Positions 56,237-64,000 of a stretch of DNA of 64,000 nt are shown one piece after another. Where the stretch lies: positions 62,001-126,000 of the IMG/VR virus record IMGVR_UViG_3300028676_000005. One strand, given 5' to 3'. The notes under the pieces are model-generated. The model worked only from the letters and a program-made list of their open reading frames with translations, was not told the DNA's origin and searched no databases. The position numbers and the translations under genes are program-made. The first letter of the stretch is position 1. Each line of letters starts with the position of its first letter.

Positions 56237-56745
56237 GGCGTAATTACGATCTTGTTAGTAAAGATAACCCAATCAATCCCACGGGCATGGACCATTTTGG
56301 TTTCTTGAGGAATGTAGTTACCCTCATGCAGTTCCAAGATTAAAGTGCTGGCCAGCTTGCCGTTAGCAATTAACCCCTCTTGTAAAAGCTCAAGCATAAT
56401 TTCCCGAACGTATTCTCGCGGTTTACGTCGCATGGCACGGCTGCCATTATGAAGATACGGAGTCATTGCATCTTCAAGACGTTGAAATAAATTAACCCCA
56501 TAACCAACACCTTCATCGATCACGTTAAGATCAAAATGAATGTAAGCCGGTTCAATAGGTTTCGGCTTAGGGATAGTCTTATCCAGGCTACGGAGACGTT
56601 CCTGAAGATAGGCTTTCATCTCAGGACCGGAGGGACGGGTATCTTCGCCAGAACGCTTGGTGGTGTCGTAGATGTTGTAATACGACAACAGGTTAGCCAG
56701 GTCCGCTAAAGACATTAAGTCCAACTTCTTTTTACATGGTGTCAT
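56233..56745 (-). CDS. Hypothetical protein
   Basis: 170 aa, ATGA overlaps. Confidence 0.75.
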   Translation of the reverse strand: MTPCKKKLDLMSLADLANLLSYYNIYDTTKRSGEDTRPSGPEMKAYLQERLRSLDKTIPKPKPIEPAYIHFDLNVIDEGVGYGVNLFQRLEDAMTPYLHNGSRAMRRKPREYVREIMLELLQEGLIANGKLASTLILELHEGNYIPQETKMVHARGIDWVIFTNKIVITP

Positions 56746-57269
56746 AATAATGTGGTCCTTTCATGCACGGCCACCCAAACGCCATAACGCTGGATGAGAT
56801 AAGTTGGCGAACCCATTATGGGATAAATATCACCCATAAAGGAAATACGAACGTTAAACCCGGCCAGTAAGCTGTCATATACCGGTGTTGGAATATCGAC
56901 CGCCCCAGGAGTATTCAGGTAAGCCTGTGCGACCAGTTCTGATTCAGCGCTGATCTTGTAAAACAGATCAATGATTTTCTCCAGGGGAAGCTCTGGATAC
57001 CCGTACGACAACAAATTAATGTAAACCGGGTTTGGGCGGTGTCCAATCAAAAACATAATGGTGTTTTTGAAATTCTCTTTATAATTATTAGCCAGTGCTT
57101 CCGCCAAACTTTGTTTAGCTAAAGTCTCGTTATCAGCCATGCGCTTACGACTTTCAGCATGGTAAAGCGCCACCCGACGATCTACTTCAGTAGGTTCTTT
57201 AGCAACTTCAACACGACCAAAGTTGCTAAAAAGACCCTTGAAATACATCCACCAAATCCAGTTCTTCAT
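56742..57269 (-). CDS. Hypothetical protein
   Basis: 175 aa, ATGA overlaps. Confidence 0.75.
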   Translation of the reverse strand: MKNWIWWMYFKGLFSNFGRVEVAKEPTEVDRRVALYHAESRKRMADNETLAKQSLAEALANNYKENFKNTIMFLIGHRPNPVYINLLSYGYPELPLEKIIDLFYKISAESELVAQAYLNTPGAVDIPTPVYDSLLAGFNVRISFMGDIYPIMGSPTYLIQRYGVWVAVHERTTLL

Positions 57270-57619
57270 TTGTTTTCCTTTATGTATTTTTCATAAGCTG
57301 CTTTATTGCCTGCAGTTTTTCGCTCATGACACGCAGGAGTATCAAACTTACCCCAGCAATGGCGGTAATCAAAACCTTTAGCCCAGGTAGACAAATCTTC
57401 TGCCTGTTTTTGCATACCCATTGTAACTAGCCAGCTAAACAGCACAATCCCCGCAATAACGAATACAACATCACGAAAGGTTCGCAGACGACCTTTCAAA
57501 CTACGAGATTCAGCCAACTTAGCCGCTTCTTCTTCCCGGCGCTTTTTACTCATGCCGTGGACATACGCTAAAGTTTCTTTGCTAAGTGGCGCTGGGATAG
57601 GTGGTATATTTCTTGACAT
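57266..57619 (-). CDS. Single-pass membrane protein, Cys-motif family
   Basis: ATG 57619; TM followed by CWGKFDTPAC. Confidence 0.8.
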   Translation of the reverse strand: MSRNIPPIPAPLSKETLAYVHGMSKKRREEEAAKLAESRSLKGRLRTFRDVVFVIAGIVLFSWLVTMGMQKQAEDLSTWAKGFDYRHCWGKFDTPACHERKTAGNKAAYEKYIKENK

Positions 57620-57623
57620 GTGA

Positions 57624-57872
57624 TCACCAATTAGTTCTGAAGATGGCCGCATAAAGGACCATGACTGTAATAGGGATGACCTGAGCAGCAAGTAACAGCG
57701 TTGCTGCTTTATTCTGCTTCATACGTTTCCAGATACTTTTGCGCGGCTTACGTGGTGCCGGTGCGGTATCAACAATGGTGGCAAAAAATACTGGTTCGTC
57801 CAAGTGCAATTCCTCATAAAGAGGTTGTGCAGATAACCGACGTGCTTTAAGTCGTTTATGCTTGCCGCGCAT
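57624..57872 (-). CDS. Small basic protein with a C-terminal TM
   Basis: 82 aa. Confidence 0.7.
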   Translation of the reverse strand: MRGKHKRLKARRLSAQPLYEELHLDEPVFFATIVDTAPAPRKPRKSIWKRMKQNKAATLLLAAQVIPITVMVLYAAIFRTNW

Positions 57873-57874
57873 GT

Positions 57875-58168
57875 TTATTCTGCCTTATTAATGTTTTGAA
57901 TCTGGCGTTCATAACTTTCGCGGGCTAACGTTGCTTTAAGACGACGCTCCAAGCACGGTGACGTGTCATACTTAGCAACACACGTTTGCTGAAAGATGAA
58001 ATCGAGGTCAGCGCGTTTATTAGCAACAAAGCGTTCGATACCCAAGAGAACTGGCACCCCAATGGCCGCGATAAGCAGAACCACCAGAATGTAACGCCAA
58101 ACCTTTTTAGCTTGTTTGTTTTTAGACAGATCAGGTCCGTTAAACAAATAGTTAATTACACCTTTCAT
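57875..58168 (-). CDS. Single-pass membrane protein, Cys-motif family
   Basis: ATG 58168 (TAATG coupling); TM followed by CVAKYDTSPC. Confidence 0.8.
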   Translation of the reverse strand: MKGVINYLFNGPDLSKNKQAKKVWRYILVVLLIAAIGVPVLLGIERFVANKRADLDFIFQQTCVAKYDTSPCLERRLKATLARESYERQIQNINKAE

Positions 58169-58290
58169 TAGCAAGCTCCTGTTAACATTGTCTTAACACC
58201 AAACAACACAAGCAAACAGCAAAAGATCACGATCCCAAAGAAAGCAAAGGCGTATTTTTCGCGTCTAAAGAAATCCTTTATCTTTTTCAT
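58168..58290 (-). CDS. 40-aa membrane peptide (not in ORF track)
   Basis: MKKIKDFFRREKYAFAFFGIVIFCCLLVLFGVKTMLTGAC*; GAGGT SD; coupled to both neighbours. Confidence 0.75.
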   Translation of the reverse strand: MKKIKDFFRREKYAFAFFGIVIFCCLLVLFGVKTMLTGAC

Positions 58291-58544
58291 TGCCCCACCT
58301 CATGTTTTTTACGGGATTCAAGTAGCAACTGTTCAATCTTGAGTTGGTGACACGGAATAGTGTTGTAATCACCAGTACAGTCTTTAATAGCAGCAGTACG
58401 TTTATCTGTTGTAAGCGCTTTACCCATGTCGCCAAAGACCATTACAACAACAGCACAAATACCACCCACAATAAGTGTGCGAAAGCCGTATTCGACAATC
58501 TTGCTGTTTTGGACTTTTGGATGACGGAGAATCCTGTTAATCAC
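58287..58544 (-). CDS. Single-pass membrane protein, Cys-motif family
   Basis: TM followed by CTGDYNTIPC. Confidence 0.8.
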   Translation of the reverse strand: MINRILRHPKVQNSKIVEYGFRTLIVGGICAVVVMVFGDMGKALTTDKRTAAIKDCTGDYNTIPCHQLKIEQLLLESRKKHEVGQ

Positions 58545-58768
58545 TTATTGAGTTCCTTTATTTGTTGTTCGTAAGCTTCTTTAGCTTTTGCTTCTTCGAC
58601 CATCCGCATCAAACAAGCTGAAGTACGATAACTCGCTTCACAGTTTTCTTGGGCGGATTTCCGATCAAGATAAAAAACACCCCAAAAGAACCCACCAATA
58701 ATTGAAAGCACGACAAGGATTCCAAAGATTTCTTTCGGAGTATATTTTTTAGAGTTGCTCATAATCAT
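58541..58768 (-). CDS. Single-pass membrane protein, Cys-motif family
   Basis: TM followed by CEASYRTSAC. Confidence 0.8.
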   Translation of the reverse strand: MIMSNSKKYTPKEIFGILVVLSIIGGFFWGVFYLDRKSAQENCEASYRTSACLMRMVEEAKAKEAYEQQIKELNK

Positions 58769-58792
58769 CTCTTTTCTTAGATAAAAAATAAA

Positions 58793-58820
58793 CTACCAAG
58801 TCCCGTAAAGGACCTGGTAG
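58793..58820 (-). terminator. Hairpin terminator
   Basis: CTACCA.GTCC/GGAC.TGGTAG stem followed by TTTATTTTTT on the minus strand. Confidence 0.7.
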
Positions 58821-58854
58821 CTACATATTAATTGGCTAACAGTTGAGAAACAAA

Positions 58855-59244
58855 TTACTTGTCAGCTCTAAACCCATGAACACTCATTGTTAATGGTTCA
58901 GGTGGTATTGGTTTTTCTGGCCTCTTGGGTAGATTAGGAGTTGGGTTCTCCATATCAATGATTTCTTTGCCTTCTAGGCGCTTTAGGCGACCGCTCAAGA
59001 AACGCAAACGATGGATCACAGCCTTGAGTAGCTCTTTGTAGTAAATGTTGTCAGCCAACGCTAGATAGTTTTCCAGACGGATAACCTCTTTGGCCAGTTC
59101 GTTATCAGACAGATGACCCAGGGCCAATTCGTCACGTTCGCACAACGAATTGTCAGCGGCCTTGGCTGGAGTACGAAACCCCATATGAGGGTCTAACTCT
59201 TGAAACAACTTATCTTCAAAATATTCAATCACTTTTTCCGTCAT
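58855..59244 (-). CDS. Hypothetical protein (paralogue of the N-domain of 35531-36598)
   Basis: 129 aa; HLSDNELA...RLRFLS.RL..LEG. Confidence 0.75.
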   Translation of the reverse strand: MTEKVIEYFEDKLFQELDPHMGFRTPAKAADNSLCERDELALGHLSDNELAKEVIRLENYLALADNIYYKELLKAVIHRLRFLSGRLKRLEGKEIIDMENPTPNLPKRPEKPIPPEPLTMSVHGFRADK

Positions 59245-59719
59245 GACTACGTTCCTTCTTTATTTGAGCTAAACGTAATAGTCCGGCATCACGGGCTTCA
59301 ATAAGGCTACACCCTTTACCCTGACAGCGGTACCAGTCCATCCATTCAGCACTTAACCCACCAGCAACTTTGCCATGGATATTAGGCTCACCCCCGGTGG
59401 TTGCTACCTGCTCACTGTCCAACATGCCTGAATGTTTATGATCATGCATTGATAGCGCTGCTGTAACAACAGGGTTACCAAAATCTAATCGGGCGTCAGA
59501 AAGGTACAAGGGCTGTTGATCACCGATTATTACTCGGTAAATGTGACCGTTCATGTGGTCTTTACCGACTTTGTCCACACGAGCGTTCAAGTCCAATTTA
59601 AAGCCTCCACTGTACACCTTTAACAATTCTTCTGGAATAACAAGGCCAGGAAGAACTTCCACACTAATATCTGGTTGTTTAATTCGGCTCATCTCACACC
59701 TGTGGTCGTGGGTCAACAA
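59225..59719 (-). CDS. Hypothetical protein with a C-terminal WxxWY module
   Basis: The true start is probably the internal MSRIKQ. Confidence 0.7.
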   Translation of the reverse strand: MLTHDHRCEMSRIKQPDISVEVLPGLVIPEELLKVYSGGFKLDLNARVDKVGKDHMNGHIYRVIIGDQQPLYLSDARLDFGNPVVTAALSMHDHKHSGMLDSEQVATTGGEPNIHGKVAGGLSAEWMDWYRCQGKGCSLIEARDAGLLRLAQIKKERSHDGKSD

Positions 59720-60623
59720 TAGCTACAAGCTCATAAAACTCGCTAAGCAAAACGGTAAGTCCTTCTCGACTCATACCGTACTGTGCCAGGACACTCACTT
59801 GTAAACAGGACAGCACAAGACTATGATCAATATCAGGACATTTCTCAAAAATCTTCATTGTCAGATATTCCATGTGTGTGCTGTCATAAGCGCCGACGGC
59901 AAAAGCAACTCGCTGGAACTGTGTATTGATGCGCCCCATTAAATCGCTAATCGACATTACTTCACGTCGGAGATCACCGTATTTACGACCAAAGGCCGGG
60001 GATACCATAACACCAGAAGTAGGACTTCCAACCACACCACGCATGCCGTTTTCAAACTGGACTGGGTGTGGAGGAGTCAACTTGGGACGTTTGAGAGAGA
60101 GCGTGGTATGCCCTTCGATGACTTCAGCAGAAAAGATTGTTTCTGCCTGTTCTTTATTTTCTTTTGTTATTGTTGGTCCCCGCCCCATACCAACACGTCG
60201 AAAAGACTGATTAGCCGGTTGGGTGTCTTCAGGCGCAGGAGCTGTCTCAATTGGAGCACCATCAGCCGGAATAAACTTAGGACGCTCTTCTGGAGCAGGA
60301 TCAGTATCCAGGTGAACCTTGTAACGACCAAGCGCCTTTTCAAAGGCGGCTGTCAGTTCGCCAGAAACTTCACAGTTAGCTGTCAGGTGAACGTCCCGAA
60401 ACAAGCAAAAGGCCATCTCTAACAACTCGGGTACCTGAGCCGCTTTGATATCCCGTACGTTGAGATTAGCCACCCAGTTGGTATAAGCGCTAGCCGTAGT
60501 GAAATGCTGTTTAAGTTCGTCCAACCCTACTGTCTTACCAAGAACAGTTTGTGGTTTCCTTAACTCGGCAGCACTGGATGTGCGCTGGCCTTCAGGCGGA
60601 TAAGCGTGATCAGAAGCGGCCAT
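59694..60623 (-). CDS. Hypothetical protein
   Basis: 309 aa with a Pro-rich linker. Confidence 0.8.
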   Translation of the reverse strand: MAASDHAYPPEGQRTSSAAELRKPQTVLGKTVGLDELKQHFTTASAYTNWVANLNVRDIKAAQVPELLEMAFCLFRDVHLTANCEVSGELTAAFEKALGRYKVHLDTDPAPEERPKFIPADGAPIETAPAPEDTQPANQSFRRVGMGRGPTITKENKEQAETIFSAEVIEGHTTLSLKRPKLTPPHPVQFENGMRGVVGSPTSGVMVSPAFGRKYGDLRREVMSISDLMGRINTQFQRVAFAVGAYDSTHMEYLTMKIFEKCPDIDHSLVLSCLQVSVLAQYGMSREGLTVLLSEFYELVAIVDPRPQV

Positions 60624-60625
60624 GA

Positions 60626-61090
60626 TTATTTTTCCGTTGTGGTGTGTTTGGATGGATTAAACGGCGGCATGTTTTCTATTAATGCAGGCCAATCAACCGG
60701 ACGGTCACCGGCAGTCTCCAAAATCGTATCCAACCCTTCGACTTCTTGTTTGTTGGACACAACCATTTTGGGAAGGGTCCCGTCTACCAGGAAATTTAAA
60801 AGCACAATAAACTGTTCTTTGATTTCTTCAGTGGTCATCGGTTTGCAAACAAATGCACCGCCACCCCAAGACAAACAAAGCTGAAAATGTTCTGGCGTAA
60901 GAACTGTAAGACTCACACCACGTCCAATCGGTTTATCCACAACGTAGTAGCTAAAACGATCTTCTACCAGAACAACACGAATCTCAGCCATTTTGCCAGC
61001 AAAAAATCCACTGCTGGCTACTTGACGAAAACCCTCATCCAAAAGAAGAAGACTTTTGTTGAGGTTGACATTGTTAAATGTAATTGCCAT
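60626..61090 (-). CDS. Hypothetical protein, KPMT family
   Basis: W.GG..VCKPMT.EE...FL.DG.LP. Confidence 0.8.
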   Translation of the reverse strand: MAITFNNVNLNKSLLLLDEGFRQVASSGFFAGKMAEIRVVLVEDRFSYYVVDKPIGRGVSLTVLTPEHFQLCLSWGGGAFVCKPMTTEEIKEQFIVLLNFLVDGTLPKMVVSNKQEVEGLDTILETAGDRPVDWPALIENMPPFNPSKHTTTEK

Positions 61091-61107
61091 GTGAGTATAC
61101 CTTAATA

Positions 61108-61131
61108 AGCCGTGGGGAATTCCCCACGGCT
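61108..61131. repeat. Perfect 24-bp palindrome (terminator or operator)
   Basis: AGCCGTGGGGAATTCCCCACGGCT. Confidence 0.7.
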
Positions 61132-61143
61132 ATGACCGGGTTT

Positions 61144-61518
61144 TTACAAAGGAGCACCAAAAGCTTTCATGTACTCGTCTGTATCAGTGATAAGCTTTGG
61201 CAGCTCACCGTCGGCAAGAAAGGTCAGAAGGGCGTCCAGTTCTGACTTAGCCTCTTCATAAGTCATTGGCTTGCAAACAGCAGCGCCACCTTCCCAGGTC
61301 AGCCTGAATCGAATTGTTTCCGGAGAGTCGGACACAAAGACCACACCACGGGTAAACGTCTTTGTCGGAGCGTAGTAGTGGTACTCATCTTCACGAATCA
61401 TCGTGGAGATATCCGCCTCTTTCTTTTCGTTCTTAACCAGTACCGCTCGTTTGCGGAACTCTTCATCCAGTTTTACGAGTTTGTCAACGCCTGGAAGATT
61501 CTTAAAGGTAATAGTCAT
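61144..61518 (-). CDS. Hypothetical protein, KPMT family
   Basis: 124 aa, AAGGAG SD. Confidence 0.8.
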   Translation of the reverse strand: MTITFKNLPGVDKLVKLDEEFRKRAVLVKNEKKEADISTMIREDEYHYYAPTKTFTRGVVFVSDSPETIRFRLTWEGGAAVCKPMTYEEAKSELDALLTFLADGELPKLITDTDEYMKAFGAPL

Positions 61519-61544
61519 GATAGACTCCTTATAGCGTGGGGGAT

Positions 61545-61958
61545 TTAGTTGCGTTGCATTACTTCTTTTAGCGAGTAAACGTGGTTGTCAAGTGGATCGG
61601 TAAACGTTGCTTTCTTTGTTGCTACGTCGTAGTCCAGATGGTAACGTTTTTCGTCGCCACCCTTGTTGATGCAGAACTCATTGTTAATAGTCATTTTGCT
61701 AAACGCAACAGAGCCGTCGCCTCGCATAAACGACACAGCCGAAACCGGCTTATTTAAAAGTGGGTTAGGGATGGCCTGCCATTCAGGACGGATAGAAGCG
61801 TCCAGCAAAAAGCCTTCTACTTCCGGCAACAACTCCGATGGAATAGAAGTGATGTTGTATACCCCGTATTCGGTACCGCCAATAACTTTAACGGTTCTTA
61901 CCAGTTCGATTGGAGTGCCGTCCATATCTTTAGTAAAGCGACGCAAAGGTTTAATCAT
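61545..61958 (-). CDS. Hypothetical protein
   Basis: ATG 61958 fits the AAGGAG spacing best. Confidence 0.75.
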   Translation of the reverse strand: MIKPLRRFTKDMDGTPIELVRTVKVIGGTEYGVYNITSIPSELLPEVEGFLLDASIRPEWQAIPNPLLNKPVSAVSFMRGDGSVAFSKMTINNEFCINKGGDEKRYHLDYDVATKKATFTDPLDNHVYSLKEVMQRN

Positions 61959-62346
61959 CAATGCCACTCTCCTTTAAAAGTCTTTCATGGTCTTTAACCA
62001 TTTGAGGGATAGTCCCATCGACCAGAAAGTTTAACATTGGATTTAACTGTTTTAAAAGTTCGTCTATAGTCATGGGTTTAGTAATAAACGAGTTAGCAGT
62101 CCAACGGAAAGTTACTCTAATAGTTCCCGGGCTTTCGCATGTCGGTAGTGATATGCAAAAACGAAGAGCGCGAGAGAGACCATCAGACCGGGTGTAATCA
62201 AACATTGCTTCTTCGAGGTTACGACGGATGGTCGCAAGCCAGCAATTACTTAAATGACTTCCCAGCTTTCTACAAAAAGCTTCGTAAATAGCAGAAAGAT
62301 CTTTTTCTGATGCAGTAACTTCTGGCACTTCAACCTTATCGGCCAT
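61951..62346 (-). CDS. Hypothetical protein, KPMT family
   Basis: RW....ITKPMT..E...LNFLVDGTIP. Confidence 0.8.
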   Translation of the reverse strand: MADKVEVPEVTASEKDLSAIYEAFCRKLGSHLSNCWLATIRRNLEEAMFDYTRSDGLSRALRFCISLPTCESPGTIRVTFRWTANSFITKPMTIDELLKQLNPMLNFLVDGTIPQMVKDHERLLKESGIDD

Positions 62347-62348
62347 GA

Positions 62349-62774
62349 TTAATCCTTTTTAGTTGCAAGTGACGTACCGTAAATAAACGCCTCTTCTGGG
62401 GTCATCTTTTCTGTATTGGACACGTACATAATCCAACGCATGGAGATACCACCTTTGGAGGTAATCAGTTTAGGCGGCGGGAATAGATCTTCGGGGAAAC
62501 CTTCAGCAATCTGTAAACGAACCTTACCAGCCAACAGGCGCCCAAACAACTGGATAGACAAGTCACCTATTCGTTTCTTTGGTTTTGGCTGACTGTTAAA
62601 CGCAGGGCTGTTTAGAAAACCTTCCAAGGCATCGAACTTTTCAATGCCCTCCTGGATAGCAATTCCCAACATAACTGCACGATTTTCTTCAATCCATTGC
62701 TGATTAACAACATCTGGTTTATCGCTAAAGACTGACACTGCGTCAGGATCAGGTAAGTAAAACTCTTTGCTCAT
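62349..62774 (-). CDS. Hypothetical protein, possible distant KPMT member
   Basis: ISMRW....TEKMTPEEA. Confidence 0.7.
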   Translation of the reverse strand: MSKEFYLPDPDAVSVFSDKPDVVNQQWIEENRAVMLGIAIQEGIEKFDALEGFLNSPAFNSQPKPKKRIGDLSIQLFGRLLAGKVRLQIAEGFPEDLFPPPKLITSKGGISMRWIMYVSNTEKMTPEEAFIYGTSLATKKD

Positions 62775-62776
62775 GA

Positions 62777-63370
62777 TTAGCTCCAGAAAGCCTTACCAGG
62801 CTTAAAGTAGACTTGAGCACGATTAAATACGCAGTACTCAACCTCCCCCGCAGAGCCGTGCCCACTGCCGGCGTGAATAGCACCATCGTAGCCAGCTTGG
62901 ACCAATCGACGTATTTCAAAGACGCTGTCGAAGAAACGATAAGCTTGGAAATAAAGATTATTGATATCTTCACCGGCTAACAAATAAGCTTTGACATCCG
63001 CATATTTATTATTAGCGTTAATCCGGTCTCGCCAATTATCAGTCTCCTCAATGTACTTTGAGAAGCGCAAGGCGATACGTTGGGCATCAATTGAACCCAG
63101 AGTGGCGGTAATGTGTTCAAACTCCAGGAACGCGCCCTGAGGTTGGTTAATGAACGGGTTTGCCATCAAGAGGTGCACTGGGAAAATGCGCGACGTATAG
63201 TAGTTACCGTCATTCTCGACAGTATCTGCATAAATCTCGGCGGTCTTAAGACTACCGAAGTAAATACGCCGCATGCGATAAAACGGTTCGATCTGATGCG
63301 GGTGGTTGCACTCACCCCGGTAAAGGGTAAGTGGATTGCCCTCCGCATCCTTAAGAAAGAAAGGATTCAT
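62777..63370 (-). CDS. ADP-ribosyltransferase-like protein (ART-PolyVal type)
   Basis: D.EGNPL.LYRG, IYF...A..YA, PV.L...NP, GYDG.I and EYCVF...QV. Confidence 0.75.
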   Translation of the reverse strand: MNPFFLKDAEGNPLTLYRGECNHPHQIEPFYRMRRIYFGSLKTAEIYADTVENDGNYYTSRIFPVHLLMANPFINQPQGAFLEFEHITATLGSIDAQRIALRFSKYIEETDNWRDRINANNKYADVKAYLLAGEDINNLYFQAYRFFDSVFEIRRLVQAGYDGAIHAGSGHGSAGEVEYCVFNRAQVYFKPGKAFWS

Positions 63371-63372
63371 AC

Positions 63373-63996
63373 TTACTCCTGTTGTTCGCGACGTTCCGGG
63401 TTAAGTAGATACTCTAACTCAAGACGAGTTCTTTCGGCATCTTCTTTCTTGTAGACTTCCTGCAACTCAGCCCACGTCTGCTCGCTAAACTTGTGGTCTA
63501 CCGCCTGAGGGGTACCACTAAACCCAAACTGAGTAAACAACACCAGCCTGCCCTGGAAACGTTGACGACGTTCTTTGGCCATCCAGGTAAGTAAGACCTT
63601 GTCCATGATCTCATCTTCGTCTTCTTCAGTCCACCGGCCATCTTTAACAGGGTCGAGCCATTTCTCTCTGGTATCAACTACCACACCATAGATCTTGGCC
63701 CCTTCCATGATCATGCCGTGGTTACCGTCGTCAATCAGACCTTGCATAATTACCGGGTATGCATCCAGGTCTTGGAAGGCTTGCTTAAGGAAGCCAACTG
63801 GGTCACGAGTAGCACCCAGTTTCAGGCAAAGGTTTTCTTGCAAGAACAAAGGGAGCAGAGGACAAATATAGATATTCATCTTCTTAAGCTTTTTAGGATT
63901 GGTTGTGAAGTTCTCACGAAACCAGGCCAACACATGAAGCTCTTGTTCAAACGGTGTAAGGTCAGTGGGGAATACGTATTCTTTTGCAACGGCCAT
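63373..63996 (-). CDS. Hypothetical protein
   Basis: 207 aa. Confidence 0.75.
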   Translation of the reverse strand: MAVAKEYVFPTDLTPFEQELHVLAWFRENFTTNPKKLKKMNIYICPLLPLFLQENLCLKLGATRDPVGFLKQAFQDLDAYPVIMQGLIDDGNHGMIMEGAKIYGVVVDTREKWLDPVKDGRWTEEDEDEIMDKVLLTWMAKERRQRFQGRLVLFTQFGFSGTPQAVDHKFSEQTWAELQEVYKKEDAERTRLELEYLLNPERREQQE

Positions 63997-64000
63997 GATT

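Noticed and set aside
60030-60070. VQFENGMRGVV resembling the ATP synthase alpha N-domain
   Set aside because: Too short and low in information to separate from chance.
1-64000. CRISPR arrays, tRNA/rRNA genes, transposases, DGR or invertase systems
   Set aside because: No regularly spaced repeats, cloverleafs, reverse transcriptase or recombinase motifs were seen by eye; tRNAscan-SE and Infernal would be needed to exclude small RNAs.

Overview
This 64-kb window looks like part of a phiKZ/EL/OBP-like jumbo phage genome. A Pseudomonas host is plausible but only inferred. All family calls come from reading motifs by eye; no search was run. (1) 1-17.2 kb is a core block: the C-terminal piece of the split virion RNA polymerase beta subunit, UvsX/RecA, a degenerate RNase H-like protein, head/virion proteins, and a SNF2 helicase with an Ala-starting class-3 intein in Walker A. 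(2) 17.3-22.6 kb and 32.9-64 kb are dense minus-strand early/accessory arrays driven by a repeated YCTAYATTAC-N4-GT promoter and punctuated by long GC-rich hairpins. They encode a GroEL-like chaperonin, three GNATs, a Ser/Thr phosphatase, two ART-like proteins, an HEXXH peptidase, an XRE regulator and many tandem paralogue families. (3) 22.8-32.8 kb is a plus-strand tail-fibre module: a collagen/foldon-repeat fibre, a DUF4376-like chaperone, a Kelch protein, four paralogous tail proteins and DUF1353. The most notable observations are: (a) a cryptic GroES/T4-gp31-like ORF two genes upstream of the phage GroEL; (b) accessory proteins carrying short grafts of conserved essential-enzyme motifs (RNAP beta and beta' active-site peptides in one ORF, an EF-Tu N-terminal peptide in another), suggesting a decoy/mimic system; (c) five single-pass membrane proteins sharing C-x3-[YF]-x-T-x2-C; (d) an RBS-sequestering hairpin between groEL and a displaced tail-gene paralogue.
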